Origin: Blastocatellia bacterium | GTDB lineage: Bacteria > Acidobacteriota > Blastocatellia > UBA7656 | DNA length: 64,000 nucleotides | Direction of reading: 5' to 3' | Assembly (NCBI GenBank): GCA_046565505.1 | Contig: JBKHYJ010000042.1 | Span: 67,770-131,769 of the forward strand | In this document: positions 38,701 to 44,703 of the stretch, piece after piece | How positions within the stretch are numbered: the first letter of the stretch is position 1 | Layout of the letters: every line of letters begins with the position of its first letter | The notes under the pieces: model-generated | The model's input: the letters and a program-made list of their open reading frames with translations, nothing else | What the model was told of the DNA's origin: nothing | The model's database searches: none | Position numbers and translations under genes: made by a program

Positions 38701-41181
38701 GTGCATGGTCATTAGCAGAACGTGATCCTGCGCCGACCGCGTGAAAAGGGTGACGCGCAGCAGCGCGCCCCGTTCGAGGTTGAACGGGCGCTGAGCGTCC
38801 TCGATCACCCGCCTGTTCAGAAATTCGTCGTCCCACCGCGAAGCGTCCTCTAACTGGAAACACACCTCTGCGCGATCATGAATCAATTGTATGGGACTAC
38901 CCCCGGGGGCGGTGAAATTCGTGCGCAAGGAGGGGTGACGGTCGATGAGCGATTGAAATGCCCGGCGCAACGCGTCCGAATCTACGCGCGACCTGATGCG
39001 GACGGCGCCCATAATATTGTAGGCCGCGCTGTGCGGGGCCAGTTTATGCAGGAACCAGAGAGCGCGCTGTCCGTGGGAGAGAGGGTGTTCAGATTCGGCG
39101 TCACGTTCGGGGGCGGCGAGAGCCGGCGAGGGTCCGGGCGCGGCCGCCAAGCGGGAAAAAACCTGCGCGGCGATTTGAGCGACGGACAAGTTTTCGAGGA
39201 AATTCGCCATCGGGAGGTTCACGCCCAGACTGGTCTCTATGCCGTACGCTAGCTCGACTGCCACGAGGGAATCTAAACAGAATTGGGCTATGGGCCGGCT
39301 CGGGTCTATGCCGGAGGGCTCTACTCCCAGCATCATCGCCAGTCGCGATATAAGACCGGATTCGATCTCTTCGGTAGTTTGCGGAGGTGAGGCGAGCGCC
39401 TGCGGCTCGCTTCGAGGTATCAGGTTTAAATTGGACTGCGCGACCGCTTCGAGGCTCCCGGCCATATACCTTGCGCGGCAGGCTTGGCGTTGAATCTTGC
39501 CGCTGGAAGTCTTCGGTATGCTTCCCGGCTCAAGCAGGACGACCGCGTACGTTTGGATTTCATGTTCTTCCGCCACGGCCCTGCGGACGGCCTCTATAAC
39601 CGCGTCTGCGTCGAGGGGCGGCCGATTACTTACTTCCTGAGCCAGCACGAGGCGCTCTTCGCCGCCCACTTCGACTGAGAACGCGGCGCCGCAGCCGGGC
39701 CTCAGGGCCGGGTGACTCCTCTCGGCCGTCAACTCGATGTCCTGTGGGTAATGGTTACGCCCCCTTATGATAATCAGGTCTTTGAGTCTGCCGGTGACGA
39801 ACAACTCTCCGCCCTGTAGGAAGCCGAGGTCGCCTGTACGCATGTAAGGGCCATCGCCCGTGTCGGAGACGTACGCTTCAAACGTGTCCCGCGTCTCATC
39901 CGGGCGGCCCCAGTAGCCGCGGGCCATACTCGGCCCCCTCAGCCATATCTCCCCTATCTGATCTGTCGCACACTGAGTCAGAGATTCAGTGTTTACGATC
40001 ACCGCGTCGAGACCAATCGCGAGCCTGCCGCAGCCGGTCAGACTGCGCGAATCCAGCCCGCGCGCGGTGGCTTCGACCAGCCGGTTTTCTTTAAGGGCGG
40101 ATTCGTCAAAGGCGCTGATGACTGGGGGCGATTGTTTCGGCCCGCCCGCCACGAATAAAGTGGCCTCGGCCAAGCCGTAGCAGGGGCAGAAAGCCTCTCT
40201 GCGAAAGCCGCATGGCTCGAATGCGGCCGAGAACCGCTCTATCGTTTCAGGGCGGACTGGCTCCGAGCCATTGAAAGCCACCGTCCAACTGGAGAGGTCA
40301 AGGTCGGCTCGCTGTTCGTCACTGATCTTGCGAACACAGAGGTCGTAGGCGAAGTTCGGCCCCCCGCTCGTCGCGGCTTTATAACGCGACACGGCCTGTA
40401 GCCAGCGCAGGGGCTTTTGTAAGAACGCTTCCGGCGATAAGAGGATCGACCTTGAGCCTATGTACAATGGCTGGAGCACGTTGCCTATCAGCCCCATGTC
40501 GTGGAAGAGCGGCAGCCACCCGACGAAGGTCGATTCTTCGGTGTGGTCGAACGAGGCCCGGATCATACGTTCGTTATGTAACACGTTGCCATGAGTGACC
40601 ATCACGCCCTTCGGGGCGGCTGTCGAGCCGGACGTATACTGAAGGAAGGCTAACGTTTCAGAATCAACTTCAGGCTCGTGCCATTCGTCAGCAAGGCCGC
40701 GGGCCATTGCGTCCGTGGCAACCCTTCGCACGGACCGGATGTCCTGATCCAGGCCCGGCAGGCTCTCGATCATAGAAAGGATGGGAGATACGGTCAGGAC
40801 GACGAAAGGTCCCGCGTCATTTACGATGGCTCTGAATCTGGGCAGGCTCCGGCTCAGGCGGGCGGGGTCGGGTGAGTATGTAGGCACGGCAGTAACACCC
40901 GCGTACAGGCAGCCGAAAAAGGCGGCTATGAAATCTAACCCCGAGGGGTAAAGTAGCAGGGCGCGTTCCCCAGTCGCGTTCAAGGACTGGAGGTATGCGC
41001 CTATGGCTCGCGCCCGCCGGTCTAATTCTTCGTAGGTGAGGCTGGCCTCCTTGGTTTCCCCATCCGAAAGGAAGCTGTAGGCTAGTCGATCAGGCTGGTT
41101 CAGTGCCCTCCATCTCAGAAGCTCGATCAGGGAGGAGAATCCCGCATGGCTGCTAGAACCAGCTACTCTCTTGCTTTTCAT
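26740..41181 (-). CDS. non-ribosomal peptide synthetase, 4813 aa: FAAL-ACP-C-A(N-MT)-T-C-A-T-C-C*-A-T plus C-terminal docking region
   Basis: All core motifs read from the translation. FAAL (YTSGSTAAPKGVMVTHGN, extended insertion) with fused ACP (FCLDSLV). C1 MHHIIADLWS. A1 (SGSTGSPKG ... GRVDQQVKIRGFRVE) carrying an inserted SAM-MT domain (VYEIGSGGSG) before NGKVDRRAL. T1 GGHSL. C2 LHHIVSDGWS. A2. T2 GGNSL. C3 IHHIVSDDWS. C* with SHMIADLWS. A3. T3 GGQSIL. ATG with GGGGGA RBS. Confidence 0.97.
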   Translation of the reverse strand: MKSKRVAGSSSHAGFSSLIELLRWRALNQPDRLAYSFLSDGETKEASLTYEELDRRARAIGAYLQSLNATGERALLLYPSGLDFIAAFFGCLYAGVTAVPTYSPDPARLSRSLPRFRAIVNDAGPFVVLTVSPILSMIESLPGLDQDIRSVRRVATDAMARGLADEWHEPEVDSETLAFLQYTSGSTAAPKGVMVTHGNVLHNERMIRASFDHTEESTFVGWLPLFHDMGLIGNVLQPLYIGSRSILLSPEAFLQKPLRWLQAVSRYKAATSGGPNFAYDLCVRKISDEQRADLDLSSWTVAFNGSEPVRPETIERFSAAFEPCGFRREAFCPCYGLAEATLFVAGGPKQSPPVISAFDESALKENRLVEATARGLDSRSLTGCGRLAIGLDAVIVNTESLTQCATDQIGEIWLRGPSMARGYWGRPDETRDTFEAYVSDTGDGPYMRTGDLGFLQGGELFVTGRLKDLIIIRGRNHYPQDIELTAERSHPALRPGCGAAFSVEVGGEERLVLAQEVSNRPPLDADAVIEAVRRAVAEEHEIQTYAVVLLEPGSIPKTSSGKIQRQACRARYMAGSLEAVAQSNLNLIPRSEPQALASPPQTTEEIESGLISRLAMMLGVEPSGIDPSRPIAQFCLDSLVAVELAYGIETSLGVNLPMANFLENLSVAQIAAQVFSRLAAAPGPSPALAAPERDAESEHPLSHGQRALWFLHKLAPHSAAYNIMGAVRIRSRVDSDALRRAFQSLIDRHPSLRTNFTAPGGSPIQLIHDRAEVCFQLEDASRWDDEFLNRRVIEDAQRPFNLERGALLRVTLFTRSAQDHVLLMTMHHIIADLWSLAVMMRELGILYQAKTAGEEAALPPIELEYVEYVRQQIEMLSGPAGDRLWQYWQEKLAGDLPVMNLPTDKVRPPVQTYNGASIFFKLERDLTRGLKSLAAARSATPYMTLLATFQALLYRYTAQEDILVGSPTAGRGRADLRGVVGYFVNPVVMRAQASASVRFDEFLDQVRRTALEAFEHQDFQFQLLVERLQPVRDLSRSPIFQVMFVWQKSPLPDVQRLATFALGEAGVQMRLGDLLLESTGLHQQIAQFDLSLSIAEVDEGLAASFEYNTDLFESGTVGRMVGHFQRLLESIVADPAARISDLDLLSRSERQQILFAWNDTDRQYIQSPCIHLLFERQVERSPEAIALAFEKEELTYRQLNSRANQVAHRLRSMGVGPDVLVGLCMERSLEMMVGMLGIIKAGGAYVPLDKDYPPERLALMLDDARVPVLLTQRRLLKTIPAGDVRVICLDSGWEAVAGESEENPVNTVAGENLVYVIYTSGSTGSPKGVMVQHRSLVSYAETCAVNYGVKPGDRALQFCSISFDISGEEIYPCLTRGAALVLRTDSMLDSVTVFLERCREWGISVMSLPTAYWHQITATLEEENLSLPPSLRMVVIAGERAFPERLAAWQKHAAGRTRLMHTYGPTEATISVSMCDISEFPVREGVTRELPIGSAIPDAKIYILDTNLQPAPVGVQGEVYLGGALLARGYHGRPDTTADRFLPNPFALKPGERMYRTGDLARYLPDANLEFLGRVDQQVKIRGFRVELEEIETVLRQHRAVRDAVILAQEYGAGNKRLVGFVVPDREHVEFDERAAGDDLQSRQAADWREIFNDLYRDMDPGEELGFYIKGWTSSYSDAPIPGEEVREWMDQTVERILSLRPSRVYEIGSGGSGLMLLRVAPSCEKYYATDQAVRSLELIQEQLKIMGVDLPQVSFKLRGGDNFQGVEEGEFDAVLIVSVAQYFPSVDYLMRVLEQAVRAVAKGGHIFLGDVRNLSLLEAFHTSVQLHKSPPGLSKAELLQQVQTQLLKEKQLVIDPEFFIALKRHLPQISHVEILLMRGRNRNELSKFRYDVILHVGGERRAARHVDWLDWETEGLTAAGVRRLLRESRPDLLAIKGVPNARVMADVKLVQMLKQANGPATAAELMAEYAGAGEEGIDPEDIWAIGDEEPYSVSIGWSESRADGRYEIVFQRRAAGQGEAAIRAAAPLVKETISPRPWGKYATAPLQGVHIEKLVPILRSYLEEKLPEYMVPSSLVLLDALPLSPNGKVDRRALHAPDWTKPASAGIFAAPRTPVEEALAEIWMEVLGLDRVSIYDDFSEMGGHSLLAMQLLSRVHNAFGVELSVRALFESPTVAGLAQVVERALRSAAAPAAPQLSPASRDGQLPLSFAQQRLWFLSQLEPGRRADNMPGAIRIKGRLDISALEQSLNELVWRHESLRTTFISAEGRPRQVISPELKLPLPVISLTDLPAGSREAGALKLAEEEAAHVFDLAAGPLLRAKLLRVGEDDHLLILCLHHIVSDGWSLGVFAREMGVLYDAFSAGRPSPLPGLPIQYADFAVWQRGWLQGELLESQLSYWRQKLSGDLPVLELPTDRPHAQASDFQGSRQSFALSEDLTRSLKALSRQEGVTMFMTLLCAFKVLLHRYTRQEDIIVGTPIAGRNRAELEGLIGFFVNTLVLRTDLSGRPSFTQTLARERGVCLDAYAHQDLPFEMLVDELQPERQLSRNPIFQAMFEMQMEPTPEPSLAGLKTSFVEVERKATKFDLTMALSEEQPDVISGWIEYKTELFDAPTIGRMAGHFQRLLEAAASAPATPISALPMLSEAELHHLLVAYNDTRRDFREDLCVHQFFEEQVERTPDNIAIMFEGQRLTFRDLNARANRLAHYLRKLGVGPETPVGMCMERSPEMFVGLLGILKSGGAYVPIDPSYPKDRVAFMLEDVGAATLLTQERLIHALPEHGDAAVCVDSDWDLISRESDGNPASNVAGDNLAYVLYTSGSTGRPKGVAIEHRQLVNYMIGAAERLGLAAMSSFALVSTPAADLGNTVIFPSLCNGGCLHVISEDRASDADAMSSYFRENSIDCLKVVPSHLASLRSFSNGEQVLPRKMLVLGGEASQRNWVEQLRGLNPGLTVINHYGPTETTVGVLTYHADPRRMADHLATVPLGYPLPNAQVYLLDGDAQPVPAGVPAEIHIGGAGLARGYFKRPNLTAEKFIPNPFGGPPGERLYKTGDLARHLPDGAIEFLGRVDDQVKVRGFRIEPSEIESVLRGHDALRNAVVLAAQDEASDRRLVAYVVAEQGRDVSADDLRAFLKARLPEYMVPSRFLFLDAIPLTPNGKVDRRSLPAPDQHEAASEAVSPGITNPVEEIVANVWAKVLGLERVGVHENFFEAGGNSLLATQAVSRLRAAFQMELPLRKLFESPTVSALAEFIKSERANGTGLQAPPIEKSRSRAAIPLSYSQWRLWFLDRLVPNNPVYNVSVALRLSGPLDVRAFGRSINEVVRRHDILRTTFSADKGQPVQVVAPSLEVDFPVVDLSHLDEPAREEAVLRMAAEEARRPFDLTRGPLLRTALARLGEHEHVLILAIHHIVSDDWSVGIFNGEISALYRAFSEGLASPLPALPIQYADFAVWQRRWLDGPVLGAELEHWKRRLGDDIPTLDLPTDRPRPAVQAFRGATLTFEFPDSLSRAVRELSLQQGSTLFMTLLAAYAAVLHRCSGQEKIIVGLPVANRNHMETEGLIGFFTNILVPPIDLSGDPTYKELINRVREATLDAFDHQDMPFEKMVEAFQQKRDLSRPPLRQVAFAFENSSPQLLDLPGVTVSRIPFEDHTSRLDLTVFVREEQGKLRGALEYNSDLFEASTARRFLEFFEAVLEDVAHHPERRILTLPPLVERRPGQTGPALPQAEKDGQGVIADATDAIYEQSNMAQNQLLFWFSKKLQPDVQLYFDNVLGTFAIEGAIDVAHFRAAFQKVIDNSDVLRSTVVESNGAPRRIEHQNIHFEIDYVDLSGGEDPRAECGEALRRLCAEPLDLGERLFDSALFKLSQDRFVWFLSLSHMIADLWSVAVILRSVSEYYHLSLEGRIGEARPLPPYAAYIEYEREFRRSPQYGQAELYWRKKLATAPNLFQFYKRDSSAKTTRTRRVSINLGAERSRRVKQVAGREGLFSPAVVFAATLFAYQHRVSGERRLRIGSPFANRPDAFRQTPGLFINVCPLEVSVSGGDNFDSLARRVQVEMLESSRNQMYPVRNSRDNRVYNVYFNYQSASLTELCGLHVEFDLVHSGHSNDTLTLQVSDFKGSGDFVLDFDFNCGAFGEGQSADAARHFLAILDSATEDWSRPVRGLRMLSEEEQHQVLVEFNQTKRDYPRGVCLHEMVEAQAERTPLADAVIFDDRRLSYAELNRRANQMAHFLRRRGVGPDVPVGVCAERSLEMVVGLLGILKAGGAYVPLDPAYPKERLTFMLDDARPPVLLTQGGLAGRLPEHMGKTVRLDSDWDVISRESEANLVNEASGESLAYVIYTSGSTGKPKGVMIPHRGICNRLLWMQEAYQMTGDDRVLQKTPFSFDVSVWEFFWPLITGACVVMALPEGHQDRQYLIEEIARQKITTIHFVPSMLQLFLAGDGLEACYRLKRVVCSGEALPYELQQRFFDLMSAELHNLYGPTEASVDVTYWECGGRSEAGLVPIGRPVANTNIYILDGYLGPAPVGIPGVLHIGGEGLARGYLKRPDLTAEKFIPNPFSEEPGARLYDTGDLARYLPDGNIEFLGRIDHQVKIRGFRIELGEIEEAIRRNASVREAVVVDREDRPGDKRLVAYVVAEAGETLSADQLRGSLKERLPDFMIPSAFVALEQMPLTPNGKIDRKALPAPDQSQLRSQTPFASPRSPLEELLAGVWADVLGVERVGVHDDFFEMGGQSILATQLISKIQQALPIELPLRTIFESPTVARLAAAIEQGQQNLDEAEMNLMAEVLSEMQELTGDDVEAFAEESPGEKLGAD
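27112..28659 (-). other. A domain 3, hand-derived code D-V-W-H-V-S-L-V-D-K (close to Ser code DVWHLSLIDK)
   Basis: FDVSVW...TTIHFVPS...VVCSGE...NLYGPTEASVD. Manual derivation. Confidence 0.5.
28702..31368 (-). other. tandem condensation-family domains (canonical C3 followed directly by divergent C* with SHxxxD) preceding A3
   Basis: C3 has C1/C3/C5/C6/C7 motifs (LSYSQWRLWFL, HHIVSDDWS, IGFFTNILV, HQDMPFE, RDLSRPPL). The next ~425 aa form a second C-like domain (LLFWFSKKLQP, LSLSHMIADLWS) that lacks the HQD and RDxSRNPL motifs. No A or T domain lies between them. Confidence 0.75.
31687..33204 (-). other. A domain 2, hand-derived specificity code D-L-T-K-V-G-H-V-G-K (near-identical to Asp code DLTKVGHIGK)
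   Basis: Positions 235/236/239/278 from AADLGNT...CLK, 299/301 from VLGGE, 322 from NHYGPTE, 330/331 from TTVG. Manual alignment to GrsA numbering, so tentative. Confidence 0.5.
35182..36264 (-). other. N-methyltransferase domain inserted between A8 and A10 motifs of A domain 1
   Basis: VYEIGSGGSG (checked at nt 36040-36069) resembles the NRPS N-MT motif VLEIGTGSG. Flanked by GRVDQQVKIRGFRVE (A8) and NGKVDRRAL (A10). Confidence 0.8.
39142..41181 (-). other. FAAL (fatty acyl-AMP ligase) starter domain with fused ACP
   Basis: N-terminal FAAL-type adenylation region (aa 1-~585) followed by a DSL carrier motif at aa ~637. Implies N-acylation, i.e. a lipopeptide. Confidence 0.85.
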
Positions 41182-42484
41182 TTATTCCCCCAAGATTACC
41201 GACATAAAGACCGCGCGTTGCCCGCCGCGTCGCGCACGGGCTTAACCGGCCTGGCCGCCGCCGGGGCTTCGCGCGTGCGGCGCGGCGTCTGATGATTGCG
41301 CCGGGGCCGAACTCTAGAGCATTGTTGATGTCGGGTAAAATACTCCGGCAGGTCGGCGGAAGGTGCCCTGCTTCAGGAATTGGTTCTGGCCGCGCCCGGG
41401 GCGAACTAATCCGCATGAAGTGTTAGCCCTTTAAGGGAAGCTGCTTCGCAGCGTAAGAATTGCCAGGGCTGGTAGGGAACGAGAGGCTAAGGCGATAAGC
41501 GTACAGATCACTTACGACGGTTAGGGACTGTCACCCTCTGTGTCGGGACCTGATAATGGTATTGCCAGATGAGGAGCGTTCTCTCGGAATCGAATGAGCC
41601 AGCAATTTAATGTCTCTGTTCGTCACTAGCACTTCTGCCCCCGTGCCCTACTCGCAAAGAGGTCCAGACCGGGCACTATGACCCAAGCCCACATTCATCA
41701 TGTAATCTTTGTAAACCTGAAGCCGGGGAGCCCGCTTCGCGGGAAGGATGGGCGAGCAAGCTCCATAGCGTTGAAGATTCGACATCTTACATATGCTCCT
41801 TAGTCGTGGGTTGTGTTGGAGGACAATTCGGACTACAGCCCCGGGCTTGCATCAGTTTTGTCCTAATTCTTAAACCTGAAAGAGGTATGTAAATTCCCAC
41901 GGCTTGCTGCGGTTCCTCTTCGTACAGTGAGATTCAATATAAGAGCGTGTTCCGCAAGCCTGCGCCGCACCGATTGGCGCGGAGAGCTTTATCCCGCGAT
42001 ACACTGGTGACAGAGCGTATCTCTTAATAATGACTATGCTTGCCGTTGGGGCGTATTAAATTTCTAAACTGTTCGTATTTTTCAAAGAGGCCATTCAGAC
42101 CTACCGCTCAAAAAGAAATAATGCGCAGGCCAGCCTGCGATCTTCGAGAGAGCACGGACATGAGCGGCCAAATTTAAACTCGGCGTTTTGAGATAAGAAT
42201 CACATCTTGCTAAAGCCTCACCCATTTTAGCGATGGATATTACTTTGTCAAGAAAAATCGTACCCGCGCGCCGCCACGCGCCGGGCCATTAACTCATGGC
42301 CCGACGCGTAGTCCTGAGGTCGCTTCTTATGTTTGCCTTAAGATATGGGCGAAAGGTGGGCGTAAGTAGTGGGAATTACCTGGCACTCGCTTGCTGCCTT
42401 ACGGTCCTGCATGGTGGCGCGCGGTGCATTCACGCGCCTCTCCCTTCCGCCTTGCTCTCCCGCTCACAGTTATCTCTTGCCTTA

Positions 42485-42919
42485 TCAATCTACCACCACC
42501 GCTATTTCCCGCTGCTCGTAATACACGCGCGCGGGCAGCCTTACCTTCCCATTCAGTGCGTAGTATTCCCTCGTGCGCGCGCCCGGGGCCACGTCCCTGC
42601 CGGCGGCGGGCCAGTAATGGTCGCCCGACTGTATCGCCAGTATGTCCACCTGGCGGTCGTCGCTGCCCACGAATGATAAGCTCTGGGGATTGAACCGTGC
42701 GAAGTCCTTTGATGTGTTCTCCACCTCTATCTCTACGGACCCATTTCCGATCTTGAGCAAACTCCCCCTGAATTTAGTCATCCTGATCTTTATCGGGCCG
42801 ACGTTGATCGGGCTGGTATCCAGATCAGAGTTTCTGATGCGCGGCGTCTGATCCGCGGCCATAACAGATGGCAGGCACGACAAGATTAACAGCACCAGAG
42901 TAGATATCACTCTTCTCAT
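42485..42919 (-). CDS. secreted/lipoprotein-like hypothetical protein
   Basis: Start chosen at MRRVISTLVLLILSCLPSVMA (signal peptide) with AGGAGG 9 nt upstream. The track start at 43015 is an upstream alternative. Confidence 0.55.
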   Translation of the reverse strand: MRRVISTLVLLILSCLPSVMAADQTPRIRNSDLDTSPINVGPIKIRMTKFRGSLLKIGNGSVEIEVENTSKDFARFNPQSLSFVGSDDRQVDILAIQSGDHYWPAAGRDVAPGARTREYYALNGKVRLPARVYYEQREIAVVVD

Positions 42920-43167
42920 AGGTTTGACCTCCTGGTGAAGAATGATAATCGTACTCCCGCGGCGGTGACAATGAGGCCGCACGGGTGACCGCCTTGACCG
43001 CGGCCAGCTCGGCATTAAGACGCGGCGGTTTCAGTAGTAAGGAATGCGGCTTCCACATTCTACAAATCAGAACCTCCGCAGTCGGCGCCCCGGCGCAAAG
43101 CGTCCTTTCATTTCTCGGGCCGAGCGCCGGGAGTCGGATTATTAATCCGCGGCATGAAATCCAAAAT

Positions 43168-44643
43168 CTAGAACCGGGATGGCGCGCCCTTTCTGTTCTT
43201 CTTTTTCGGCGGAGCTTGAGGGACTGTGCCGGGCTTCAGCAATTCTTCAATCGCCTTCCCCTCCGCTTCGGTAAAGCTCAATCCCAGAACTGCCGCGGCA
43301 GTCGGCGCTATGTCAATCATTCGCGCCACGGCCAGCTTTGCGCCCACGCGGGCGCGCGCGCCATAGACTATGAGCGACGAGCGCATTTCAATTCGCGTGG
43401 GCAGGTGGCCGTGGGTCCCTCGATAGTCCTTCGAGTCATGGATCTCGGGGCCGCTCAACTCTTCGCCGAAAGCGTAGTCCGGCGCGGCGTCGAGCATCAG
43501 CGCGGCCTCCGGTATCGACTGCATGCGCTTGAGGTCGTCGCGGGTCAGGACGCGGTTGATAGGCCCATTGTCAGCGGACGCCATTCGGTTAAAAATCGTA
43601 AATACTTTTTGAGCAGTCTCTTTGTCGTTCGGGTCGCGCAAGACGATAGCGCATGAGCCGCCCGCAGGCCACGCCGCGGCTTTCCAATCTACAGGATTAC
43701 CGCCCGGGCCGAGCGTGATGAGCTTCTCCTTGACCAAGACCACACCTGGCTCGAACTTCTTCTTGACTTCCGCGAACCCATGATCGGACACCAGGAAGAA
43801 AGTCGTCTGGTCGAATACGCCCGCCTTCCGAGTCGCTTCGATTATACGGCCGACGTAGGCGTCCATCCGCTCCGCGGTTTCAAGGGCCGGCGGGGTGCGC
43901 GGTCCATACTTGTGGTGCGCGTCGTCTAGAGCCAGCAGGTGGATCAGCATCAGGTCGGGCTTGTAGGCGCTGATGATGTATTCGCTTATCGCCGTGCGGC
44001 GGCCGTCCGTGCTCGTATCGCCGCCCATGCCCATGCCGACCGCCTTCGCAATCAGGCCCGGCGTAGAGTATTGCAAGGTGCGCTTCGGCGTCGGGGGGTG
44101 CTCTTTAGGGTCCTTGATCTCCGGCACGTTGTAATCTATTTCCGCCCCGACCGTGACGGGCCACCCGACGTTGGCGGTGACGAGCCCCGCCCTCTTCGCG
44201 ATTGACCAGAGCGTCTCCGACTTCAGCGCCTCGGCGAACCAGTACCATTCGAGTGTCTGGGGCCCGGTCGGCGCTTCAAAGATGCGGTTTTGAACTATGC
44301 CATGAATGGCCGGGCGGACGCCCGTGATGAGCGTCGTGTGCGCCGGGTAGGTGACGGATGGGTAGATGCCTTCGACGCCCTCGGCGTACGCCCCGCCGAG
44401 CTTCATCATCGTGAGGCTAGGCACACGCAATCCCACGCGCGCCGCGGCCGTGTAGTATTCGGGCACAAGCCCATCAATCGAAATCATTATGACTCGCGAA
44501 TCACGACGCCGCTGGGCGGGCCGTGTGGGTTCGCCCGCCGGCGAAGGTTCCTGCGCGCCGAGCGGGCCGCCCGGGATTGCTGAGGCGATCAGCAGAAGAG
44601 CGAGCGCGGTTGAAGCAGCCCGCGAAAAAGATTGCTTGACCAT
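43168..44643 (-). CDS. nucleotide pyrophosphatase/phosphodiesterase (NPP / alkaline-phosphatase superfamily), secreted
   Basis: ISIDGL...YPSVTYPAHTTLITG (NPP metal-site region), D..HH and SDHGF motifs. Signal peptide after MVKQSF. Confidence 0.75.
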   Translation of the reverse strand: MVKQSFSRAASTALALLLIASAIPGGPLGAQEPSPAGEPTRPAQRRRDSRVIMISIDGLVPEYYTAAARVGLRVPSLTMMKLGGAYAEGVEGIYPSVTYPAHTTLITGVRPAIHGIVQNRIFEAPTGPQTLEWYWFAEALKSETLWSIAKRAGLVTANVGWPVTVGAEIDYNVPEIKDPKEHPPTPKRTLQYSTPGLIAKAVGMGMGGDTSTDGRRTAISEYIISAYKPDLMLIHLLALDDAHHKYGPRTPPALETAERMDAYVGRIIEATRKAGVFDQTTFFLVSDHGFAEVKKKFEPGVVLVKEKLITLGPGGNPVDWKAAAWPAGGSCAIVLRDPNDKETAQKVFTIFNRMASADNGPINRVLTRDDLKRMQSIPEAALMLDAAPDYAFGEELSGPEIHDSKDYRGTHGHLPTRIEMRSSLIVYGARARVGAKLAVARMIDIAPTAAAVLGLSFTEAEGKAIEELLKPGTVPQAPPKKKNRKGAPSRF

Positions 44644-44703
44644 TTTCTTTTCACCTTTACGAAGTATGGGAATGAACAGCCGCACGTGCGCTCAACTCTA
44701 TTC

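Noticed and set aside
41153-41416. 87-aa minus-strand ORF overlapping the NRPS start codon region
   Set aside because: It is out of frame with the NRPS, has an Arg/Pro-rich translation and no RBS. The NRPS ATG at 41181 has a proper SD.
41760-41768. GCTCCATAG 9-mer resembling the RNase P RNA P4 region, and nearby GATTCGAC resembling the tmRNA 5' end
   Set aside because: Flanking sequence does not continue the RNase P (AGGAAAGUCCGGGCUCCAUAGGGCA) or tmRNA consensus. These are isolated short matches, probably chance.
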